NCBI GenBank assembly: GCA_038496445.1
Contig: JALMLS010000130.1
Span: forward strand, 128,606-192,605
DNA length: 64,000 nt
Direction: 5' to 3'
DNA from: Trichosphaerium sp. ATCC 40318
Lineage: Eukaryota > Protista > Tubulinea
The notes beneath the pieces are model-generated. The model made no database searches and was not told the DNA's origin. It worked only from the letters and a program-made list of their open reading frames with translations. Below, piece after piece: positions 49,989 to 61,790 of the stretch; within the stretch, counting starts at the first letter, position 1, and the number at the start of each line of letters is the position of its first letter. A program made the translations under genes and the position numbers.

Positions 49989-52168
49989 TTATTTCAGCGT
50001 CTGTGTTGTTGCCTGTGTTTGTGATTGTGTTTGTGACGTATGATCCTTCATCTGGAAGGGGTATATGCTTTTTGGGCGAAAATGTGCTACAACGATAATA
50101 GTTATCAGTACTATTATAACTGCAGCACCGAGAGTAACACCCCAAATGATAGGCACTGTGTAGTCTCTTTTTTTTTCTGCATCACAACCCACAGGATAGA
50201 AAACAACTGAAAGTTTGTTGCCTAGATCAACATTAGTATAGTTCTAACTAACACAATACTGTAGCCTTAGTACTACTGTTTTAGTTTTGATAGAGATGTA
50301 CCTTCTACGAGAGCTTCTTGGCACTGACTTTTCTGATTTTTGCTGATACTGAATGTTGGCGTGTTGCACCCCTCTTGCCATGTTATTATTGTCAGTCTCT
50401 CTGGTATATCAACGTTTGGATCAGTTTTTACTATCAAGGCCGTTTCATGTTCACTATTGATACACCCTTTTACTGTAATGTTTGTAGTCCAATCGACAAT
50501 AATTATTGAAGGTAAACTAATATTTCCTATTTTTTTCTTGAGTAAGTTCGACGCATTTGCGTTCTGAACTACACTTACCGTTAATGATAATTCTACCAAA
50601 TAATATAGTATCGTCTATTAGTGTAGTATTGTTTATGATCAATACGCCAGGGAATCCAGGAACATGTATGACTTTATCAGACAAAATACTGTATTTTGTA
50701 GTTGTAGAATAAATAGGAAATATTTCGTTGTTGTGATGTACTAAATCTCTTGCATGAGTATCAGTTAAATGTTCTCTAATTAATCGTGGTTCTTTCCAAG
50801 ATTTCCCTAGATCATCAGAGCTTGACAAGAAAAAGTCTCTTATAGAGTCTGAAGTTTTACTAGCGGGAAATTAGTAAACAGAGTCAATAACAAGTGATCA
50901 TTTAAGCTCATCGTACTTATGCATAAATAAAAAGATGGTGCCGTTTGAGGTAAGGCATAGTCTGGGATTAAAATATCCTATTTTGGCACTTGTATGAGGA
51001 TGATGAAGAATTCTGACTGCAGATACATTTAACGCAAGATCAACTGTCCACAATCTATTTGAATATTTAAGAACTAAATTTAAATGCTAACTTACGCTAG
51101 AATAGCTGGCTGTGCTCCTGTTACATATACCGTTATAAACGAGTCTTCACTACCCAAACGTTGAGTGGCAATAGGTTTAGATTGAATTCCGTACTTAAGC
51201 TCCAAAAAGTCAGCAAGCCGAGGTCTAAATTGATTCTCAAACTCCATCAATTCAGGTGTTCCAATGTACGGAACTTCGCTACTGTCCCAAGGTATTGAAC
51301 CAGACGCGACTTGTTTAGTACTAATACGAGGATTCTTAACTCCATCTTTTCTATAAAATCTGACGAACTTTCGACCTATGAGGGATGCAGCATAGCTTGA
51401 AGATGTTAGTATGATACAGAATCCCAGCATGAAGTACCAATTACATTTATTCTCAAATAAGTGTTCTGTGTTGTTACCTGGCTCAACCACTTCCATCAAT
51501 CCATTATTATTTTCATATCGCACAAGAATACTCTCAGGATGGTAGACAATATCGTCTATATTCGCATCCTTACGCTCACCTATGGATTGGTGCTCCCAAT
51601 CTATACCATTCCTGGAACTAAGTTGATGTCAGCTGACAACTGTTTTTGTTTATGTACGTTGCTATCTTTGCTTCTCTAGACTTTCCAAAAACGCTAGTAT
51701 GGTTCAAGTAGTATGAAGCAACCCACATGGAAGGATCGGATACTAGGTAACTTTCGTTGATGACACTCAGCTTCAATTTATGTACAAGGGAGCCTTCAAT
51801 AATCTTTACTCTTGATTCCCTACCAACAAACATTAGTACGGAATCTTCGGAGTTAGAATAAAGATGGAAAGTACTTTTTGAAGGAAACTACGAACCAAAA
51901 ATGTACGTACATACTTGGACTTGAAAAGTACAGCACCTTATTCGTTACATTCCCTTCAACCCATATTACACCGTAAGTATTTTTATTGTTCGCAAATTGA
52001 GGTTTCAAGTCATCAACAATATAAACAAACTCGTTGTTGTAAGACAACATAGCATTGACATTTAATACAAAAGCTAGTAATACTGATATACATTAGAACA
52101 GAACTGAAATTCAAATTCGCGTTACTGTACGTACTGTATAATACTCCTATTAGCATCCCATATGACAT
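49989..52168 (-). CDS. Single-pass surface protein with BNR/Asp-box (sialidase-like) ectodomain, multi-exon
   Basis: Signal MSYGMLIGVLYILLAFVLNVNA; Asp-box SSSDDLGKSW; TM IIWGVTLGAAVIIVLITIIVV; tail HFRPKSIYPF. Confidence 0.75.
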
Positions 52169-53059
52169 ATCACGTGTCGGAGAGTTATCTAAAATAGTAG
52201 TAAAGAAAAAGTCAAATCGGACACAAAAACTACTTCGGAAACAAATGAGGCAATGTCAGACTAGTTTCGAAAGTACCATATCCAGGTGCGTTGCTGTTTG
52301 GAACTCCTAGCCGCAGTGCTGAAGAGTAATTAATCTCATTTGATGTATTAACAACCCAAAACGCTGGTTGGGCGTCGCAAACGCGTATCCAAGATTCTTT
52401 ACTACAAATCGGTCGCTATTTGTAGTTTTCAACAAGACTTTCACTTCAACTTAAGGAAATTGCCTCTATGATAACATACGCTAACCCATAGTAATTATTA
52501 AACGCTGTAGCGCTAAATATACATGTCAACAGACCGCAGTCAAGGAGAAATTAATAAAAACACAATAAAACCGCATTTTATGTCTTATGCTTTTTGTGTT
52601 GCGCCGGTTTTCGGTTCAATGGGCTAAAGAATAATTATTTTCAACGATCCAAAAAAAAGTCAGAGTCGTGTCAAGTAGGAGTTGACACAATTTTTTCAGA
52701 ATACGCGTATAAGACGAATTTATAGATTTTATTCTCACCTGGAGCGCATATTAGCCAGTAAAATAGAAGAATCCCATTCAGTGAAAAATCAAAATACATT
52801 AATTTCGCTGTACACTGCCTATTCGCAACACAGGAACTTATTAAGTGAAGAACCGTGGCCCAAGGCAATATAGGAACTGTATTGTGTACCACTATTTACA
52901 AACGTCACTTTGCACCGTAAACAACAAAAATTCCTTTTCATGAGAAATAGTGGACGAAAAATTCACTGAATAACGCAAGGCTAAAAACCGATAAATTTAA
53001 CTTAACGCTCAAGATCAACATCACCTCCTCGTAATCAAATATACAAAGTTACGAACAGG

Positions 53060-53842
53060 ATGAAACCAATACAAGCAACAACGTTTACAACAACAACGAC
53101 GTTATTTCCTGTCACAGACTTCAAACAACCTACACAAACAACAGAAACGCCAAGAAGAACATTAAAACCATCAAGAAAGGAGCGACGTAGAATTCAAAGA
53201 AAAGAAATTGAAAACGCGATTTCTGATGCAAATGGAGCTCCTGTTTACATTCTATTGTCTCAGTTAAACGCAGTTTGGCAGACACCTTCATCAAAAAACG
53301 TAAACGTAGCTACAAATCTTCATAGAATAATCTTTCACCTTTCTATTCAAAACGCCCAAGATATCGCAAAAAAAGCAACAGAAGAAGTTATAACAATACA
53401 TCCTGACTTTAAACGGGGCATGGGTCAAGGACAAGTTGGTACACAGTTTTGCGATTGCTATCTACGAGCAAGACCGATGAAATCTTCACGTGTGCAGTTG
53501 GTTGAGTTCGCTGAACACAAAGCACAGTTCCAGCAGCAAAAACCGTATATTCAAGTAAAGCCACAAAGAAGACAGTCTGTCCTTACAACAAGCGCAGAAA
53601 TGCTCTACGAAGGCGCACAGATATTGGTAAGTCTTCATAACAACAGTGAAGCGATGACATTTCAGGCCGGAGCTAAGAGAAGACTAGAAGTCGCTGATGA
53701 ATACAACAAAAAAAAAAAACTCAAGTTGGCTCCATTTAGAGAGTTGATGGAAAGCCTATCTTTAGATAAACCAATACATCAACGTCTATCATCATCGGAG
53801 ACATGTAAAATAAGATTACCTGCTTTGAGGATGAGGCAGTGA
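53060..53842 (+). CDS. Intronless 260-aa hypothetical protein with basic NLS-like patches
   Basis: Long ATG-initiated ORF in AT-rich DNA; contains RKERRRIQRK and KRRL...KKKKLK; no family recognised. Confidence 0.7.
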   Translation: MKPIQATTFTTTTTLFPVTDFKQPTQTTETPRRTLKPSRKERRRIQRKEIENAISDANGAPVYILLSQLNAVWQTPSSKNVNVATNLHRIIFHLSIQNAQDIAKKATEEVITIHPDFKRGMGQGQVGTQFCDCYLRARPMKSSRVQLVEFAEHKAQFQQQKPYIQVKPQRRQSVLTTSAEMLYEGAQILVSLHNNSEAMTFQAGAKRRLEVADEYNKKKKLKLAPFRELMESLSLDKPIHQRLSSSETCKIRLPALRMRQ

Positions 53843-54762
53843 AAACATTTTTCGCTAAACAACAAATAATTTGTACAAATTCTGTAAAAAAAAAGAAAAA
53901 CTTGTAAAAACAAATCACCAATTAAAACAAAATCCGGCTTTCGCCACCTATCCTTCAAGAGTCAGTTATCTATAGAAATTAAAACTTTTTGATTGACTGA
54001 GATCACCTCACAGATTTTTATCATAAACTCAGTGAGCTGTTTTCGCCTAACATTTAACACAGATGGAAACTCTTTCACCTAAAGCAGTCCTGTAAGATTT
54101 CACGTAACACATTGTAAGAAGTAATATCTTTCAATGAAGGTTTTGTCTTTGTTAAAGTTGAGGTATGAAAGGCCATAGTACAGTCAGCAATTGTTTGGCA
54201 CTTTTTTATCCTCATCTGTCCGATTTTTTTGAGTTAGCCTAAATCTTTGATGGCTTTTATATGCATCAAGATGCCCTCATCTGTAATATTATTCAAGAGC
54301 ATTTGTATGAGCTCCCGAATGCGCTTTAATATGTTCTTGTACTGAAGTAAACTTGGTAGTACGTTAACGACAGTTCCAATTTTTGTACTAGACAATCAAC
54401 AACTGTCCTAATTTTAACTATGTTTGTCAAAGAGCACTATCGCGTTTTTTAATAGTTCTTGTGTCTACTGTGAAAAGATAAAACCATCGTACCGGCAATG
54501 TCATGAATGATAGAAACAGCGGTTGACACAACGTTCGAGCTGTTGTTTGTAGGAACTAGTTTCTGTAGCGTATGTACCCATGATATGCAACACTAGTTAT
54601 TGTTTTAACAAGTTAAAATGTGCTGTTTATTGCTTGTCGGTTGCGGTGGACTGTTTTTGAACAATAGCTTTTGCCATGTAAAAGCTGGTCCAAACTTGAA
54701 AAAAATAACTATTTGCTGTTATCGTTGACTTAACCCGGTTTGTAAAAGTACTTCATTACGTA

Positions 54763-56693
54763 ATGGCTGAATTGAAGTATTATGTTGACGATAAACAAGA
54801 AAAAGGGAATAACGTTACATCTCATTTTATGGAAAAGAAGAAAGAAATATTACAAACCAAAGAAGCTAATAAGTTGTACGTACTTTGATAAAGAATAAAA
54901 TAGCGACGCTCTAGGTTTTATTTCTTAGCCTTTTTTGAACCTTTTTTCTTCTTCTTTGGTTCACATAGTAAGTCACACTCATTTTAGGCAGCGTAATAAG
55001 GTTAAACTATCAGTAATAGATAGATGTGTACCTTCTATGCATATTATGGCCACGTTTATTTTCAAACAAAAGATAAAGACTGATAAACTTAAAAAATCGC
55101 TTCTTAAGGTTCTAGCGTACTACCCTGTTCTTTCTGGGAGGTTTTTATTATCACCTGACGGTATGGCAAAGAAATAAAAAACAAAACCCAAACTTTCTTT
55201 TTTGAGTAAGAGAGTTCATCACGTGGTAATTTATTATATAATATAGGCTCTCTTGATGTATTATGTAACGGTAAAGGAGTTATTTTTGTAGAATCAACAA
55301 ATACACAGCTAGATTTAGCAGGATTAAATTTGGAAAGTAATGACACTACCAAGAAGTTACCTAATTGCGAAGCACGTGATACAAAAGTCTTTTTTTCTCC
55401 TGATAATCTTTTTTTCGTTTCTTGAATGTAATTTTTCTTCCTAGTACTTCACTACAGCTATGAACGTTGTGATAGATCCAACTGATTTTGAAAACCACGA
55501 ACTCGCTGGTTTTAAGATTACTCAGTGCAAAGACTTTACGATTATTGGTGTTAGCTTCCAAAGACTTATTGCTGATGCAAGTAGTCTTATTTATTTTATT
55601 ACTCATTGGTCTTATATGACAAGAGGCAAAAAGTTCAAGCTACCTAACCACAACAGACTTAGTGTTGAACACATTGCTGACAGTACGACACTGGCTTTTT
55701 TTTGGTTGATAAATTCTAATTGAGAAAAAAAAGGAAATCGAAAGGATCCAGCTCGTGCAGGTGTATATTGTTTAACCCCAAAAGAGCTTTTTTTATGTGG
55801 CAGAATGTTCTGGGAAAGCTTACCTCACGCTATTGAAACATTTGAGTTCACAAAAGAAGTACAACAACAGCGTTATGTAATTTTATCTTGCTAAATTGTT
55901 TAGGAGCTAGCAAACATGAAACAAAGCTGCACAACCGATGACATGTGGATATCTACAAATGATGCATTAACAGCACTGCTTTCTAAGATACTCACACAAG
56001 TACGGAAAGTAGACGTTAACGAAACAGTAAACATTGGTGTAGCTAAAAACATAAGGTACTTTTAATTCCTGCACATCTAATAGTCACTTACATATTGAAA
56101 TTAGGCGGTTGTGTGAGCCACCTTTAGAACAAAATCTTTTCAGCTGCGCTGCTCTTAATGTTTCAATTGAATATAAAGTTAAAGACTTGATAGAAAAACC
56201 TATTGTTGAGGTACAAACACGTGACCCTTGTCAATACAAGAAACCAAACCTGCTTTTTAACATCTCCGCAGATTGCCACATCGATACGTCAGTCCATTAT
56301 AGATTTCGATTCAGATACACTACAACAGCATGTACACATGATTAAAAGTTTTGGGTCTAAAATGTTATCACCAAACCCTCAGATTCAAATTCTTGGTGAT
56401 CCGATAGGAGGTGATTTATTTTTTTCAAGTTGGACAAAAGCTCCTTTGTATGATATAGACTTTGGCGCAGGAAAGCCATTATGGTGTGGTCCCCCTATAC
56501 CCGAAGAAGGCATTCCAGGATTTGTTGGCTCATTTCCATCTCCATCAGGTGAGTCTACGACTTTTTTTAGTAAATTGTGATGAAGCTGATCTTTTTTACA
56601 GGTGGTGCCTATGTTACGATTCATTTAAGAATGCGTGCAATGGAAACACTGTTAACAAAAAAATGGTTAAGTGAGCTTCATCAATATGCTTAA
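54763..56693 (+). CDS. BAHD/Transferase-family acyltransferase with a degenerate HxxxD motif, multi-exon
   Basis: LSVID, LKKSLLKVLAYYPVLSGRF, GVIFVE, GVSFQRLIADASS, ISTNDALTA, FSSW...YDIDFGAGKP. Confidence 0.88.
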
Positions 56694-57333
56694 TCACATG
56701 GATTGGGCAGTACACCGAATATTAGTTGTATATACATGTCAACACCATTACAATAACAAGCATTGGGCCCATCAGCCCGTAGTAGCGGAGCACAAACATT
56801 TCTTTTTGGCTACAGTTAATGTAGAAATCCCTTTTATGTATGTCAGATGGTAGTAAACGAGTTCGTTGGTTGCCTTTTACAAAGACATTTAATTATATGC
56901 TACAATGGTCATGTGCGCATGCGTGGTTTCAATCTACAGTTACAAGCAGTTCTTGCAAATAGCTAAACAGCTAGAAAACAGAACCACGGAACATGGTAAA
57001 CGCGAATTGACGTGAGATTACTTAATTGATTTGACAACGAACAGTTGTGCTAGTTTAAATTAGTTGGGTGAACTACAACACTTTTAATATTGCCGTAATC
57101 AAGCTTACCAACCCTTACTCCTAATGAAGTAGCTGAGAGTCCCTCAGTCTGAAATCAAGCACAGAGAATCGAAAGCAGTAGAAGTGGTAACATCTAAAGG
57201 TACTTATTAATACCCATTAGGCAAGACACTATCATATGAGCCATTCGAATGTTAAGTATGGACGTGTACCTATCCACGCACTGATATGGCTCATGCTCTA
57301 CAGAATTTCTCAGTCGCTATATTCACGGAATGA

Positions 57334-57433
57334 TAGGTGTACAAAAATAGATTCAAGGCTCGGGTTACCCATAATATTTCTGGGTCGGTTAACCCGAGAC
57401 CCAATACATGACCCAATCCAATATTTTGCCATC
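57334..57433. mobile_element. Degenerate hAT-like MITE or terminus
   Basis: GC-rich cluster of (G)ACCC/GGGT(C), AACCCG and CGGGTT subterminal-type repeats ending ATTTTGCCATC (reverse complement GATGGCAAAAT); no TSD found. Confidence 0.4.
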
Positions 57434-57515
57434 AAAATTGTAGCAAGCTCCAAATTCACGTGGTTTACTCAAGATCCCTTGGTTTTAAGGTATGCAACAA
57501 TTAAAGCGCGAGCTT

Positions 57516-58663
57516 ATGGACAGGGTTGTTTCCACCGGAGAGAGAACAATGGCAACAAAGGTAAAACCTTACATTTGGCATTGTAACCAATACAATTTAT
57601 ACCAACGAGCAAGAATCGACTCTGTGTCGCTTGTTACAGCTTCCCTTTGAGCTACAACTTTATGTCATAGATTTTGGCGTTGATATGTACATGTTGTGGC
57701 CTCTGTTATCTAAACAAGCAGCTACGAGCACTCGTTTCAATAAGAATATAGAAAAACACGGCGAGTACAAAATGTGGTATCTTAATGGACACTTGCGGAA
57801 GACATGTATGTATAAGAATGGTATAAAAGCAGGCGAATATAGAGAGTACCAGCATAGAGTTTTGAAAGAAAGGTGCCTGTATAAAGATGGGAAAAAAGAA
57901 GGAAAGTATTCGATTTGGCAGAGAGGAAAGTTACAAGAAGAAGTGTACTACAAAAATGATTTGTGAAGGCATGGCATAAAAATGGTCAATTAAAGGAGGG
58001 TTGTTATTATGTCAAAGGTAAACGAGAAGGAAGCTACAAGGAGTGGCACGAAGATGGTCAATTGAGAATAAAGGCATTTTATTCTGAAGGCATGCTTGAT
58101 GGAGCGTACAAGGAGTGGCAAAAAGATGGTCAATTGCGAACAAAGGCATTTTATTCTAACGGCAAGCTTGGTGGAGTGTACAAGGAGTATTTTAATGGTA
58201 CTTTGGTGCATCACCGTAACTACTTAAAAGGTGTCTTCGATGGAGAATATAGATCTTGGTTTAGTAATGGACAATTGTCCAAGAAATGGTCGTTTAAGAA
58301 TGGATTGAAAGATGGACAGCAAGAATTTTGGAATAAGTCAGGTGTATTGGTAAAGAAATGTTATTATGTAAATGATAGATTACATGGAGAATTGAGGCAG
58401 TGGCGAGATAATGGACAGATTCATAAAAGTTACTTTTATAAGCACGGTAAAAAGGAAGGAGAGTCTAAGGAGTGGTTTGATAATGGTCAATTAGAAAAGG
58501 AATGCACTACAAGAATGATTTCAAAGAAGGAGAGGAACTTTGTTGGAAGACAAGTGGTGAATTTAGTGTGCGATACTTCTATAGAAGGGGCCGCAGACAA
58601 AGGTTTGGAGGGTCAAGAACTAAATGGTTGTTAAGTAAAGTGTTTGGGAACCCAAGCTTATGA
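57516..58663 (+). pseudogene. F-box + MORN repeat gene with two frame disruptions
   Basis: LLQLPFELQLYVI...WPLLSK followed by many MORN repeats. A deletion at about 57963 removes part of a repeat (stop plus frameshift). A 1-nt shift occurs at about 58507, after which the MORN pattern YKNDFKEGEELCW resumes. Confidence 0.8.
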
Positions 58664-58730
58664 GATTGTACTGAAAAATAGCCAATAAACCATAGTGTAG
58701 TTTCTTAATATTCACAATATTTCACACTAA

Positions 58731-58887
58731 CCAATACCGTTCAAATAAGGAACTGTAATGGCAAAGTATTAGCACTTTGAAATACCTTGAATGTTCGTCC
58801 ATCACACAGGATGGCCTTAAAAATATTTTTGATGAAGCTATACATGCTGTTGTAGCTCCCATAAACAAAACACAAAAATGTGAGTGA
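58731..58887 (+). pseudogene. Rho/Rac GTPase C-terminal fragment
   Basis: PIPFK*GTVMAK / [39 protein letters not shown], compared with the Rac C-terminus ...[24 protein letters not shown]; contains an internal stop and a frameshift. Confidence 0.85.
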
Positions 58888-59065
58888 TAGAACAAATAAC
58901 AAAACTCTGGTCCTTCTTCCTTGTGTTGCTCACCTTAACTTGGGCGAGCCAAATAGGCGTTTTGCGAGTAGAATTCTTTGACATCCTAAAGTACTTATCT
59001 GGTTCAGCAAAATGTGAAACAAAGTTGACTTAACCATACTTAGCTAAAACTCTATTTTTGCAGTT

Positions 59066-60123
59066 ATGGACGAATATTTCCCCCTTGAGTTAGTTTATCA
59101 TGTATTTACATTTCTAGACGCACCATCCCTTGCGCTTGCTACGTGTGTGAACAATCAATGGTGCCAGTTGGCCAATTCAAACAATATTTGGCGTATTATT
59201 ACGGAGAATCATCAATTTGAAAGCAAGAACGACGTAGAAGGTATAACTTTCGATAATTGGAAGATTGGTTATAAAATACTTTCAGAGCAATGGACAATGC
59301 CGTAAGCTATCTATTTACGCGTTTATTTGACGTACACTAGCGAAGGAAGGACTCCTGAGATGCCCTTTTGGAATCAAAGCGTAACGTGGCCAAAACACCT
59401 CGTTTGTAACTATGGATCATCCCTATCACTTCGTACAACTTATTTATAACCTTATGAGCTGCCTGTAGACTAATTAGAGCTTGTAGGTAGCTTCCCTGTG
59501 TCAGAGGGCGTGTGGTTGTTTGAAATGACAGTGAAAAGTCGCACTTTTGACATGGCTATTGGCTTTGGTACAGCTGATATGAGGATGACTCGTGACGTGG
59601 AATATGTAAAAGGTGCAAGTCGGAATGTTTATAAACTGGAAATCACGTGTTGTATACAGCTCATTATGAATGTTAACGCACATGCTAATGAAACTAAATT
59701 TGACATTGTGAATATTGTTTTGCTAACATTTTTAAAGGGTTCGCTGGTTATTATCATGGAGGTTCATCATTGAATCTTATTTGTGATTCGAACAGAGAGG
59801 AAATGCCTTACAAAATCAATGAAAAGAATTATGCTACAACGTATCAAGCAAACCAGAAAGTTGGTGTTTTATTGGATATGGACAAGAAAGAGATTAGTAT
59901 TGTTTCAGAGGGAGAAAAAACTAGTATATCTTGTAGTATTGAATGTCTTGGTACACCATTATATCCTACTATATGGGGTGCTAGTATAAATGATAGTGTC
60001 ATTGCATATTTTCCTAGACGAGTTGAAAAATTACCAACAGAGGATGGAACTCGTAAAGAAAGTAAAAAAGTTGTTGATCCTGAGCCAGATAATATTGTAA
60101 TTGTTGATGTTTGTAGCGTTTGA
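59066..60123 (+). CDS. F-box + SPRY/B30.2-like protein, multi-exon
   Basis: FPLELVYHVFTFLDAPSLALATCVNNQWCQLANSNNIW; GVWLFEMTV...MAIGFG...KVGVLLDMDKKEIS...LYPTI. Confidence 0.88.
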
Positions 60124-60448
60124 ATGTAAGGTTTAGAAGACGTAAAATCAAATCAACACGTAATCCAATTGTTTATTAAGGTGTTTGAAAGTCTAAGACA
60201 TGATCAAGTAAAGTACTCAGAGCGTCACAATGACTTTAGTAGACAACACAATAAATTTAGAAAAGTTAATTGACTATACTTGTATCATTATAACATACTA
60301 TGGCATAACATCCATTTCTTGTTGCTTGTTTTCGAAAGAAATAGTAGCTATTGTTCTCTTTCTTGAAACACCTGTATGTGATCTTGTATTAGATGAGCGC
60401 TCCTAAGGTAAACAATTAGCCATTTGTCGACCCTGCCGTAACAGCCTT

Positions 60449-60833
60449 TTGATTGAATTAAATACGAATAACTGCACACTCAAAGAAAAGCTTGAAATCG
60501 ACAATTTTACTGAAATGAGATGGATAACACCTCTAGTACTTTCAAGTTGTTCGCGAAAGTTGTCTTACGAAATTTACATGACATGCAACGAAGTTTGTTC
60601 ATATTACTACAATACATTAGGGCAGAATATGTTTTTACAACAGAGGCAATTGATCACCTTAAAAAGCTCAAAGTAAAATGGATCAACATAAAAGATTGCG
60701 CATAGAAAAAAATGCAAAAATGGTTTGAGTTTTCCCTTAGTTTTCTCAGCCAGTTAAAGTCGGTCCAAAAACTTAAACCGGCTAACCAGCTAAGAAAAAG
60801 CTAGCGGCTATAGCCGTTTAGCGACCACCTCTA
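60449..60833 (+). mobile_element. Possible hAT transposon relic (transposase fragment plus right terminus)
   Basis: Frameshifted KLEIDNFTEMRW / SSTFKLF resembles the hAT TRWxSTxxM motif. The terminus reads TAGAGGTGGTCGCTAAACGGCTATAGCCGCTAGC on the minus strand and contains palindrome CGGCTATAGCCG (60805-60816). Confidence 0.35.
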
Positions 60834-60978
60834 ATTTCGCACTGTCCTATGAAATGTGTACATGCATTCTTTAAACTGCTGATGACTGAAAGGTGCCACA
60901 AACTTGTTTATACCTTACTTATTGTCATTACTTATTTAGATATGACCCAACACAACAATAATTTCTAAAGATGTTTAC

Positions 60979-61584
60979 CTAGTGTAATTCTATGCTCACA
61001 ATTGTGCCATCAACGTAATTGCCCTCTGCTGTCAATCGACCAGTACACGACCAACATTTATAATCACCTTCCTTCTTGCCTTTTACTAAGTAGTACTGCA
61101 AATACAACTGTCCACTAGGATGCCAGTGTTTGAACTCTCCTTCAAGTTCATCATTTCTGTACTGACATTGTTGCTGCAATTGGCCACTGGGAAACCATGC
61201 CATGTACTCTCCTTCTCTTTTGTCGTTGATGTAATTAATCTTCTGAAGCAATGTTCCATTTGAGTAATACTCTTTGTACATTCCATGGCGTTTTCCATGT
61301 ATCCAATAATCTTCACGTGACACAATGTTATTCTTCTTCGAATATTTAACCCACTTTCCATGTTTTTCAAGTTCATCATTAAATCTAGTTGTCTTTGCAG
61401 TGTGTTTTGATAACAACGGCCACTTTATGTATGAATCTCTGTCTATCTCCATAATTACAAGCTGTAACTCAATTGGTAGGTTTAACAGGTAGCATACATC
61501 AGGTTTCGAAGTATTTATCTACTTTTGATTAAACAGACGCTAAATAGCTTTAGAAACAGGCACCATGCGTTTGTTTATGCTCAT
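60979..61584 (-). CDS. F-box + MORN repeat protein, 2 exons
   Basis: MSINKRM| intron 61519-61563 |INTSKPDVCYLLNLPIELQLVIMEIDRDSYIKWPLLSK, followed by MORN repeats. Confidence 0.88.
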
Positions 61585-61790
61585 CTGGTGTCACGATAAT
61601 TGTAACGTCATGTGCTTGGATCTACTAAAACAACTTAACTAGTACCTCTCATTTTTCTCGTAATATCTGGAGGCGCTTGGGTTTAGGTAAACAGGCGAAA
61701 GGAAGTAACAGCATATTTTTTATGTGCAATATTGTTTATTGAATAATTTTACAATAAACACGTGATGTTTTTAGGCTGCGAATATTGATC

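Noticed and set aside
53950-54400. Possible decayed coding sequence on the minus strand
   Set aside because: Multiple stops and no recognisable motif.
57631-61452. Bacterial YwqK toxin-antitoxin locus or intact endogenous giant virus
   Set aside because: The genes have spliceosomal introns and sit among host genes; no toxin partner or viral core gene was seen.
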